Source: an uncultured bacterium
GTDB lineage: Bacteria; Oederibacteriota; Oederibacteriia; Oederibacteriales; Oederibacteriaceae
Length of the DNA: 64,000 bases
NCBI GenBank assembly: GCA_965112635.1
Contig: OZ218778.1
Coordinates: 2,496,001-2,560,000 of the forward strand
Direction of reading: 5' to 3'
In this document: positions 56,169 through 64,000 of the stretch, one piece after another
How positions within the stretch are numbered: position 1 is the first letter of the stretch
Layout: every line of letters starts with the position of its first letter
Notes under the pieces: model-generated
The model's database searches: none
Seen by the model: only the letters and a program-made list of their open reading frames with translations
What the model was told of the DNA's origin: nothing
Made by a program: the position numbers and the translations under genes

Positions 56169-57353
56169 CTAGTGTCCTTTTTTGTAGGCCATCAGCGGCT
56201 CAGCGGGCAGACCGGCTGACCGGCGGATCTCCTGCAACAGCGGCCTGACATCCGCCAGGAACGCCGACCGCACCAAACGGTCCGCCAAACCGACCTGGCA
56301 GTTATGCTGGTATTTCCTCAGCTGGCTGAAATCTACCAGAAGGGCCTTGAGATAGGCGGTCTCGATGTTCTCCATGGATTCTAATATCTCTTCAGTGGCA
56401 TCCTTGATGCAATGGCTCTGGTCGATCATGAACGCCAGGTCGCGGATCCTGCCCAGTCCCCTGTCCTCCGCCTCGACCAGGGCGCAAAAAATACGGAACA
56501 ACTGCATGGGATCAATGCTGCCCGTGGCCAGGTCGTCGTCCGCGAACTTCTTGTCGTTGAAATGGAACCCGCCCAGTTTGCCTTCCCACATCAGGTTGGC
56601 CACGATCTGTTCGATGTTGGTCCCCAGGGGGTGGTGGCCCAGGTCGACGAGCACCTTGGCGTTTTTGCCCAGCATTTCGGTCAATTTGAGCGAGCGGCCC
56701 CAGTCCGGGATGGCCGTGGCGTAAAAACCGGGCTCAAAAAATTTGTATTCCACCAGCATGACCTCGCTGGGACGCATGGCTTTATAGATGGTCTTCAAAG
56801 AATATTCCAGCCGTTCCATTTGTTCATAAAGGCTCATCTGGCCCGGCGAATTGGTGCCGTCCGGCACCCACACGGATAGGTTCTTGCTTCCCAAGGTCCG
56901 CATGATGCCCAGGCAGTCCATATTGTGTTCAATGGAGGCTTTTTGCACGTCCGCACAAGGCGAGGTAAAACTGCCAAACCGGAGACGGTGGTCCAGAGCG
57001 GTCCCCGGCCTCATGTTGAACATGTTGGAATTGACAGCTCCAGCCTTTAATCCTGCCTCTTTGAGCCACCCTTTAATATTTTCAACGTCCCGCATGGAAT
57101 TGCCGTCCCAGGGAAAATGCAGGGCCATGGTCTTGCCCTGCCCGGTCAAACGGTGCACTAGGCCGCCGGCTTTGATCCTGTCCTCCGTGGTCACCAGGTC
57201 ATCCGGCCCTTTATAAACCTCAAAGCGCGTGCCGCCCCTGCCAAAACCCCAGGAAGGAATTTCTATAAGAAGATTATGATAGCGACTCTTCACCCTTTGG
57301 ATCTTTTGCTTGGTGAACTCCCCTACCAGGTTTTGCATACTGCTGGATGGCAT
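56169..57353 (-). CDS. rhaI: L-rhamnose isomerase (RhaI type)
   Basis: IEIPSWGFGRGGTRF, LHFPWD, WVPDG, EYKFFEP, DLGHH, FHFND...DDDL, MIDQSH. Confidence 0.88.
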   Translation of the reverse strand: MPSSSMQNLVGEFTKQKIQRVKSRYHNLLIEIPSWGFGRGGTRFEVYKGPDDLVTTEDRIKAGGLVHRLTGQGKTMALHFPWDGNSMRDVENIKGWLKEAGLKAGAVNSNMFNMRPGTALDHRLRFGSFTSPCADVQKASIEHNMDCLGIMRTLGSKNLSVWVPDGTNSPGQMSLYEQMERLEYSLKTIYKAMRPSEVMLVEYKFFEPGFYATAIPDWGRSLKLTEMLGKNAKVLVDLGHHPLGTNIEQIVANLMWEGKLGGFHFNDKKFADDDLATGSIDPMQLFRIFCALVEAEDRGLGRIRDLAFMIDQSHCIKDATEEILESMENIETAYLKALLVDFSQLRKYQHNCQVGLADRLVRSAFLADVRPLLQEIRRSAGLPAEPLMAYKKGH

Positions 57354-57449
57354 AGCGGCTTACCTCCTATGATTATTAATGTTTAGTTGCTTAACAAAGG
57401 CATCATATCAATTCCCTTTTAAAATCACAAGACAACGCAACCGGGCAGG

Positions 57450-58781
57450 TCACCATTTGAACTTAAAATTGAACCACTGGGGCTTTTGTGCCATTTTACC
57501 CACCCAAACCAGCACGACCAGGATGGCGGCCATGCAGGATGCCGTATACACCACGGGCGCAGAGGGATGGATGCCATACAAGTACCCTCCCAGGATAGGC
57601 GTGGGGAAACTGATCAGAGACGCCAGGATCTGCGTCAAGGCCAGCATCCGCGGCCTTTCCTGGTTGGTCATCAGGCTGGCCCAGTAACCGTTGGCCGCGG
57701 AGTTGTAGATCCCGCCTCCGAATGATCCGATCACAAAAGACACGATGACCACTCCCAACGCGCCAATTGGCGTGATCAAGAGCAGCGCGTCGCTCAGGCC
57801 CATCAGCACGACGCTGAGGAACAGGTATCCCAGCAGAGACCTGCCGGTGATGAATGGCACGACCAAAAAGAAGGACAAGATGGTCGTGGCGCTGCTGACG
57901 GCCATCAGCAGAGAAAGGTATTCCGGCCTGATGACCAGGCCTTGACTGTCGGTGATGAAGAGGTTCAGATAGGTGCCTCCGACGGCAAAAGCGGTTCCGG
58001 CGAAGATGTGGACCAGCATGAACACTTTGAGATCCATCCTCGACCAAAGGGTCTTGACGGCCTTCAAGTTGGTGAGCCCGACCTCCTTGAGCGACTCGAT
58101 CAAGGGCCTGGGTTTCCTGGGGACGCTCGTGTCTTTGACCATACTCAGCCTCATGAACCAGCCGATCAGCATCAGGACAAATCCGATGCCCATGATCCAC
58201 CGGGTCGTCCAGGAAACCCCCCAGATTTTGATAAAAATCCCCGACAAAGAGACAAAAAGGCTCGTGCCGATCCAGGTCACCTGCATCAGACCGAAATAAA
58301 TGGGAGAGTGGCGTTTCGGCGAGCCTTTCAGGACCAGGGAAAAATAGGCCGGCCAGCAGATGGCCTGGAACCCCGACAGGAAGGACCCTATGAAGAACAG
58401 GAAATACCCGTGGGCAAAACCGTAACACGCGTAGATAGCCGGCCAGATGAGGATATCCGTGAGCATGATCGCCCTTTTTAACCCCAAACGCTCCGGGAGC
58501 CATCCCCCCAGGAGCGAACCAAGGACCTGGGCAATGATATTGACCGATGTCAGGGTCCCTATTTCGACCTTACTTAAACCCTGCTCAGCCATAAAAAGTG
58601 GAAGAAAGGTGATCAGGAAGGTGCTGCTGACATTCCATAGCATTCCCGTATAGATAAGGACGCTGGCATTGCCGCTGATGGCGGAGAACATCCTTTTCAC
58701 TCTGAGGCTGTGCCTCCCAAGAAGCTCCAGGGGATACCGCCAAAATAGTTCTGGAATTATGTTAAAAAGGGTTTCGAACAC
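57450..58781 (-). CDS. MFS transporter (candidate sugar permease)
   Basis: About 12 TM helices; GGWLPERLGLKR motif A. The true start may be the ATG at 58691. Confidence 0.85.
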   Translation of the reverse strand: MFETLFNIIPELFWRYPLELLGRHSLRVKRMFSAISGNASVLIYTGMLWNVSSTFLITFLPLFMAEQGLSKVEIGTLTSVNIIAQVLGSLLGGWLPERLGLKRAIMLTDILIWPAIYACYGFAHGYFLFFIGSFLSGFQAICWPAYFSLVLKGSPKRHSPIYFGLMQVTWIGTSLFVSLSGIFIKIWGVSWTTRWIMGIGFVLMLIGWFMRLSMVKDTSVPRKPRPLIESLKEVGLTNLKAVKTLWSRMDLKVFMLVHIFAGTAFAVGGTYLNLFITDSQGLVIRPEYLSLLMAVSSATTILSFFLVVPFITGRSLLGYLFLSVVLMGLSDALLLITPIGALGVVIVSFVIGSFGGGIYNSAANGYWASLMTNQERPRMLALTQILASLISFPTPILGGYLYGIHPSAPVVYTASCMAAILVVLVWVGKMAQKPQWFNFKFKW

Positions 58782-58995
58782 AGGGCCTTTCCGGGTCTAT
58801 CGGGATAGCGCTTATTCACCCACGGGCTCTGCCCGTTGGGGACCCACCCGACCGCATTTGCAAAACGTTGAACTATCGAAAACACCTCCTGGGCAAATCA
58901 TAACAAAAACTTTAATTAATGCCCATTGGATAAAGGACTTTTTAGAGTGTAATATATAGTTGTTGTATGCGATTTTTCTTTTTGCGGAGTTGAGC

Positions 58996-59718
58996 ATGAA
59001 TTACAACAGGAGAAAATTTACCCGTTTGCCGCTGGTGGTGAACACGGATATTTTCAACGAGAACAGCAAGCAGTTCGTGGCCACCGGTTATCTGGGCGAC
59101 ATCAGCATCGGCGGGTTGGGCATCTACACCGCGACAGACCTAAAACTTCAGAACACCTACCTTTTCAATTTTGGCCTGCCCAACGGGATCATCTGCAGAG
59201 CGGTCAGGGGCAGGATCATGCTGCGGCGGCAGGAAAGCGGCGCCATCTACTTCGGGATCCAGTTCATGGCCACGGACATCCTCACCAAATGGAAACTTCT
59301 GCAGGCTATCTGGTGGCTCAAGTTCCACCCCAAGTTCTATAAGAAACAGGACATGGGGCGTTCCGGGACGCCCCGCCATGACCAGCGCCGCTATCCCAGG
59401 GTCAGGACCAACCTGGCCATGGAGATCACCTACCATAAAAAAGACAAACCCGTCATGATAGGCAAGATCGTGGACGTCAGCGAAGGCGGGCTTTGCATCG
59501 AATGCAGCAAGCCGCTCAAGACTTCCCATCCTGTTTTCCTGACCTCGTTCAGCCTTTCCAACACCGCGGACGACTGGGAAAAAATATACGTCCAATGCAA
59601 ACCCGTCTGGAAGATGATACGCCAACAGTCCTATATCTACGGAGTGAAGTTTATTAGCATCGGTTACCTGCGCAGGAGAAAGATAAGACACTATATCATC
59701 AATAAGATGGCGGCTTAA
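58996..59718 (+). CDS. Tandem PilZ-domain protein (c-di-GMP receptor candidate)
   Basis: RRKFTR...DISIGG and QRRYPR...DVSEGG: two complete RxxxR / DxSxxG motif pairs. Confidence 0.85.
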   Translation: MNYNRRKFTRLPLVVNTDIFNENSKQFVATGYLGDISIGGLGIYTATDLKLQNTYLFNFGLPNGIICRAVRGRIMLRRQESGAIYFGIQFMATDILTKWKLLQAIWWLKFHPKFYKKQDMGRSGTPRHDQRRYPRVRTNLAMEITYHKKDKPVMIGKIVDVSEGGLCIECSKPLKTSHPVFLTSFSLSNTADDWEKIYVQCKPVWKMIRQQSYIYGVKFISIGYLRRRKIRHYIINKMAA

Positions 59719-59760
59719 ATCCTGGCTCCGCCCTCAGACTCCAAACAACTCCCAAGGTAG

Positions 59761-60525
59761 CTATACCTTCATACGGTTAAAAGACCACGCCCCCACGAGG
59801 ATAAAAACCACGTCAAAGCAGATCACTATCAAAAGATTGGGAAGGAACGCCAGTGAAGATGAAGATGCGCCCAGGATGGCGCACCGCAAGCCGTCCACCG
59901 CGTAAGTAGCCGGGTCCAGGTGAGTGATGACCCGCATCCAAGCCGGCAGGCCCTTCAGCGGATACAGGGCTCCGGACAGGAGAAATAACGGATAGACCGC
60001 AAAACTGGCTACCAGCCCGAACCCCTCGGGACTTTCCATCAAAGAGCCCAGGATAAGCCCCAGGCTGACCAAACCCAGGGTCAGGGCAAAGAGCATCACC
60101 AGGGTCAGCCCTAAACTGGCCAGGGTGAAAGGAATACCCAGGAATACCCCGATGACCAGCAAAATGCAGGCCTGCAATAAAGAATCGGTCATGCCTCCCA
60201 GAACTTTCCCGAAGAAAATGGTGGTACGGGAAAGCGGTGTGATCAGGACCTCTTTGAGAAAATCAATTTTTTTGTCCCACACCACATAGGCGCCGTTGAA
60301 CATGGAGTTGAAGATGATGGTCATGGCCAGGAATCCGGGGAAAATAAAGAACCGGTATTCCTGCCCGTCCATTTTGGTAATGGTCCCGATCCCCGACCCA
60401 AATATGAAATACCAGAACAAGGGCAGGAAAATGGCTGAGATGATGCGGCTGTACTCTCTCTGAAAAACTTTAAATTCCCTGTACCATAAAGCATAGATGC
60501 CTTTAAAAACTTTGCTAAAGTTCAT
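59761..60525 (-). CDS. ABC-2 type exporter permease
   Basis: FIFPG, FLKEVLITP, LSGALYP, PATYAVDGLR. Confidence 0.92.
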   Translation of the reverse strand: MNFSKVFKGIYALWYREFKVFQREYSRIISAIFLPLFWYFIFGSGIGTITKMDGQEYRFFIFPGFLAMTIIFNSMFNGAYVVWDKKIDFLKEVLITPLSRTTIFFGKVLGGMTDSLLQACILLVIGVFLGIPFTLASLGLTLVMLFALTLGLVSLGLILGSLMESPEGFGLVASFAVYPLFLLSGALYPLKGLPAWMRVITHLDPATYAVDGLRCAILGASSSSLAFLPNLLIVICFDVVFILVGAWSFNRMKV

Positions 60526-61499
60526 GTGTTGGAGCCCGCATTCGAGATCGTCCGGATATATTCCGAAGGATCCCCTTCCTGGTCACGCATAGCGTGGCCC
60601 GTATAGTGGAGAAAAACATCGTTGAGGTCCGGGGAATGCACTTCCACGAATTCCACTGACCCGGCCACACGCAGTAATTCCTGCAGGTTTTTGCCTGAAT
60701 TTTCCACGGTCAGCCGCAGCTGCCCCTCCATCTGCTCTATTTTTTTGACGAACTTCAGCTGTTCCAGCTGGCCGGTCGAGATACTTTTTCCTCGCAGGAC
60801 CACCTGGTCGCCCCCCAAATGACGCTTGAGGCTGTCCGGCGTGTCCAGCGCTACGATCTTGCCGTGGTCGATGATAGCGATCCGGCCGCACAGCTTTTCC
60901 GCTTCTTCCATATAGTGGGTGGTAATGATGACGGTCATGTTCATTTTTTTGGCCAGGGATTGGATATAGTCCCAGATATGTTCCCTGGTTTGCGGGTCCA
61001 ACCCCAGGGTGGGCTCGTCCAGAAACAATATCTCCGGCTCATGCAGCAACCCCCTGGCCAGCTCCATCCGGCGCCGCATACCTCCCGAATATTTTTTGAC
61101 TATGTCATTCTGGCGGTCCAGGAGGTTTACCAAAGTCAGCACCTCTTTTATCTTCGGGTCGATTTTTTTCATAGGTACGTTATACATCAAGGCGTGCAAT
61201 TTCAGATTTTCATAGCCGGTCAACAGCGTGTCGGAGCTGGGGTCCTGGAACACCATACCTATGGTGCTCCTGACCTTGTCCGGCCGGGACTGGACGTCAA
61301 ATCCATTGACCAGGGCGGTGCCAGAGGTGGGTTTTAAGAGAGTGGACAGGATCATCAGGGTCGTGGTTTTGCCCGCGCCGTTGGGCCCCAGTAAACCGAA
61401 TATCTCCCCTTGCTTGATAGTCAGGTTAATCCCATCCACAGCAGTCAGCGAATCATACTTTTTGACCAAATTTGTCATTTTAATGGCATCCATTGACAA
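60522..61499 (-). CDS. ABC exporter ATP-binding protein (DrrA-like)
   Basis: GPNGAGKTT, YSGGMRRR, LDEPTLGLD, TTHYMEEAE. Confidence 0.93.
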   Translation of the reverse strand: MSMDAIKMTNLVKKYDSLTAVDGINLTIKQGEIFGLLGPNGAGKTTTLMILSTLLKPTSGTALVNGFDVQSRPDKVRSTIGMVFQDPSSDTLLTGYENLKLHALMYNVPMKKIDPKIKEVLTLVNLLDRQNDIVKKYSGGMRRRMELARGLLHEPEILFLDEPTLGLDPQTREHIWDYIQSLAKKMNMTVIITTHYMEEAEKLCGRIAIIDHGKIVALDTPDSLKRHLGGDQVVLRGKSISTGQLEQLKFVKKIEQMEGQLRLTVENSGKNLQELLRVAGSVEFVEVHSPDLNDVFLHYTGHAMRDQEGDPSEYIRTISNAGSNT

Positions 61500-61763
61500 T
61501 ATTTTCCTTTATTTAAAGCACAAAAAGTCTTAGTCCCCGCCTATCTATTCATAGACCAGGCCCTACAACCATATTCTAGCCTTGCTATACTACCATTTAT
61601 ACCCAAAAAATGGGTTAGGAAACCAGGTACGAAAACCACTAAACTTTAATAAAACTGGAACTTTCCTTATTAAAAAATGTCTAAATATTATTAGTTGTAT
61701 CAGAGACAAAAAACAAATTAGAAGGTAATATTGTTGTATTCTCGGGTTTATGGAGAGTTATCA

Positions 61764-64000
61764 ATGCCAGCCAAAAAATTAAATGGATTAAATACCCTGC
61801 TATTTTCTTTTTTATTGTTGGCGGTTTTCTCCCTGTCGGCTTTTGCTGAAAACTGGCCGGGTTATAAAGGATATTTAAAGGACAGCTTCTCCAGCGTCAC
61901 CATCACTCCCACTTCCCTGGGTCTGAAATGGGCCAAGCGCTTCAATATTATTGTTCCCACCTCTGGCTGGAGTAATGGCACTGAGCATTCCCGTAATCTT
62001 GCGCTGTATAACAGCAATCTGGCTTTAGTCGCCACAATTGACCCCAATGTTGGTACTAATACAGCCTGCGTAACGGTTCTTAACGCCAACACCGGGAGTG
62101 TCCTGAATTGTCTGCAAACCAACCAAAGGTATGGCCCTTATAAGAGCCAGATGGACACCTGCGATGAAGAGTTTAGCGAACATGTCCTGGCTTGGGATCC
62201 TGATACAGGCTATTTATTTTTAGCCATAGGCGGAGACCAGGCCGACAAGACCGCCATTGATCCGATGCAAAACAGCGGCTCGTTTGACGGGACGCATATC
62301 CAGGCGGCCGTGGGAGCCTATCAAAATCTTGTCAACAACTGGCCCGGGATCCGCAGTGTGCGGACATATTTAGGCGCCTTTACTGATAACAGTGGGATGA
62401 CCCGGGCAGAATGCTTTGATCCCAGGACCGGGGGCCAGGGCATGGGGCCTGACCAATGGGATTATGGTGTCACAGCTGATGGGTCTAACTCAGCCGGATT
62501 CTATGATGTGGAACCGGGAAGCAATTATCTCATCGTCAACAAAAATGAAGGCCACGATCTTGCCGGGGGCACGATGCTCATCAACAAATACACAGGCTTG
62601 GCTGCCAGCCACGATTGGGACCAGTCGTATAACACCTACCTGGCCTGGCCGGCTTTTAAAATGTGGGGAGGCTACCTGGTGAACAAGGATAAGGCTTACT
62701 ACATGGGTCCCTACAGCCCCACCCAGGCCGGCAATCTGCCGGGCGCCAATGACGTCAATAGCGGATTGCGCCTTGGATGCATCCAATACCACGATGTCAA
62801 TCAATATCCCCTGGATGGTGGATATACCGGCCAGGGAATGAGCGAGACCGCGACCATGACCTCCAAAGTGTTCGACTACCAGCTTTCCAGCCCTGCCCCA
62901 TGCTGGGTTGAATGGGATAGCACCTATAGGAACAAAGCTTTCCTTGTGGATAGCAGTACAGGCGGGGTGTGGGCAGCCTGGAAGCCAACCGTGGCCGGCC
63001 CTGTCCAGTTGGTCAGTGCCACCCCGCTAAGCGAACAGACCTACAATCTATCCGTCGGCGCCAACATGCATCAGGAAGATATCTGGCACAATATGGCCCT
63101 GGCCGATCTGGGCGCAGCCGGAAAATATATTGTATATGCCTTGTTTAACGCCCAAAGTCCCACCACCAGGGGGGTGTCCAATAGCAACTATCCCTCGGGC
63201 CCGGCCCTGGCTCCGACAGGCCCAAGCACACTCACTGTTTTTGACGCCAACGCCGGGACTGAAAAATGGACCTACCAGTTAAATACCGCGGCCGGGAACG
63301 GTAACTACCCTACACTTCCTCCCAATCCGTGTGTTTTATATGCGGAAAAGAACAGGATGATCGTTACGGGGAACTATGCTTATGTGTCCTGGATAGATAC
63401 GCAGACCGGGCCTAACTTAAAATTAAATGTAGTGGGTTTTGATATTACCGCGGCATCCGCTCCGGCCTCGCCGCCCACACCTTTTACCTATGACCTGGGG
63501 GTAGCCCTCAACTCCAGCCTGACCCAGGGTTCTGGAGGTAATATGGCCAGCCGGGCCACGGACATGATCGCGGCTGACGGCACCCTCTATGTGCTGGTAG
63601 AGGAAGAAACCTATGTGTCTGGTGACGGCGGTCTTACCACGCGTCCCGGCTATGTCAACGCCCAGCAGGTCATTGCCCTGAGCCAGGTCGCCCAAACCCC
63701 GACCTTTACTTCAACCCCGACTGCAACCAGCACGGCCACGGCGACACGCACCGCCACGCAGACCCCGACTCCCATCGCCTCGTCAACTTCCACGGTGACT
63801 TCCAGTCAGACCCTGACCAGCTCCCAAACGGTGACCCCATCCCTTACCCTCACCCCTAGCCATACCAATACAATCACTACCACTTCTACCCAGACGCTCA
63901 CGAGTTCCCAGACCGTAACGCCTTCATTGACCCTGACTTCCAGCCAGACCTTTACCATCACCCAGACCTCGACCCAGTCCTACACCTCGACCCAAACCCT
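61764..64000 (+). CDS. Large secreted protein, possible beta-propeller domain followed by a Thr-rich repeat region (runs off the window end)
   Basis: Not in ORF track because no stop lies in the window. Hand translation MPAKKLNGLNTLLFSFLLLAVFSLSAFA-ENWPGYKG... stays open to 64000. LNANTG and FDANAGTEKW propeller-like motifs; GGAG RBS. Confidence 0.8.
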   Translation, partial: MPAKKLNGLNTLLFSFLLLAVFSLSAFAENWPGYKGYLKDSFSSVTITPTSLGLKWAKRFNIIVPTSGWSNGTEHSRNLALYNSNLALVATIDPNVGTNTACVTVLNANTGSVLNCLQTNQRYGPYKSQMDTCDEEFSEHVLAWDPDTGYLFLAIGGDQADKTAIDPMQNSGSFDGTHIQAAVGAYQNLVNNWPGIRSVRTYLGAFTDNSGMTRAECFDPRTGGQGMGPDQWDYGVTADGSNSAGFYDVEPGSNYLIVNKNEGHDLAGGTMLINKYTGLAASHDWDQSYNTYLAWPAFKMWGGYLVNKDKAYYMGPYSPTQAGNLPGANDVNSGLRLGCIQYHDVNQYPLDGGYTGQGMSETATMTSKVFDYQLSSPAPCWVEWDSTYRNKAFLVDSSTGGVWAAWKPTVAGPVQLVSATPLSEQTYNLSVGANMHQEDIWHNMALADLGAAGKYIVYALFNAQSPTTRGVSNSNYPSGPALAPTGPSTLTVFDANAGTEKWTYQLNTAAGNGNYPTLPPNPCVLYAEKNRMIVTGNYAYVSWIDTQTGPNLKLNVVGFDITAASAPASPPTPFTYDLGVALNSSLTQGSGGNMASRATDMIAADGTLYVLVEEETYVSGDGGLTTRPGYVNAQQVIALSQVAQTPTFTSTPTATSTATATRTATQTPTPIASSTSTVTSSQTLTSSQTVTPSLTLTPSHTNTITTTSTQTLTSSQTVTPSLTLTSSQTFTITQTSTQSYTSTQT
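63694..64000 (+). repeat. Coding Thr-x-Thr low-complexity repeat array
   Basis: TPTFTSTPTATSTATATRTATQTPT...; QTLTSSQTVTPSLTLT occurs twice (63807-63854 and 63891-63938). Confidence 0.8.

Noticed and set aside
57496-58503. 335-aa alternative-frame ORF within the MFS gene
   Set aside because: Arg/Pro/His-rich off-frame translation with no domain signature.
58891-58925. GGGCAAA...TGCCC upstream of the PilZ gene as a possible c-di-GMP-I riboswitch
   Set aside because: Lacks the GNRA-capped P2 and the downstream GCAAAG/P3 elements; only a short stem.
1-64000. CRISPR arrays, tRNA/rRNA genes, IS elements, prophage, recoded stop codons
   Set aside because: No regularly spaced repeats, cloverleaf motifs, transposase or integrase genes, or in-frame-stop-split genes were seen by eye. 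tRNAscan-SE and Infernal were not run.

Overview
A gene-dense 64-kb chromosomal stretch of a probably diderm bacterium (OMP-like protein with C-terminal Phe, Lnt, LpxL-like acyltransferase). Secreted proteins with Thr/Pro-rich linkers recall candidate lineages such as FCPU426/Firestonebacteria; this is inference only. No rRNA, tRNA, CRISPR array, transposase, integrase or phage gene was seen. Main blocks in order: (1) an ArsR gene divergent from an operon of membrane polyferredoxin, DsbD_2-like protein, degenerate spermidine-synthase fusion and signal-anchored AmrS radical SAM; (2) two tandem secreted paralogues of unknown function; (3) an ECF transporter with two QueT-like S components and a strongly structured leader (riboswitch candidate); (4) three ~760-aa mosaic paralogues (putative new glycoside hydrolase family) interrupted by a YefM-YoeB module; (5) GH106, nucleoside hydrolase and GH127; (6) an lnt-tadE-tadG-tadE cassette without a pilus motor; (7) a PVM-type microcompartment locus with no alcohol/lactate dehydrogenase but a PduS-PduT pair, next to rhaI-rhaB followed by an uncharacterised TIM-barrel epimerase where rhaD would be expected; (8) an ABC exporter and a large secreted protein missing from the ORF track. 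The strongest novelty candidates are the rhamnose-BMC variant, the paralogue triplet and the queT leader. All family calls come from motif recognition, not database searches.
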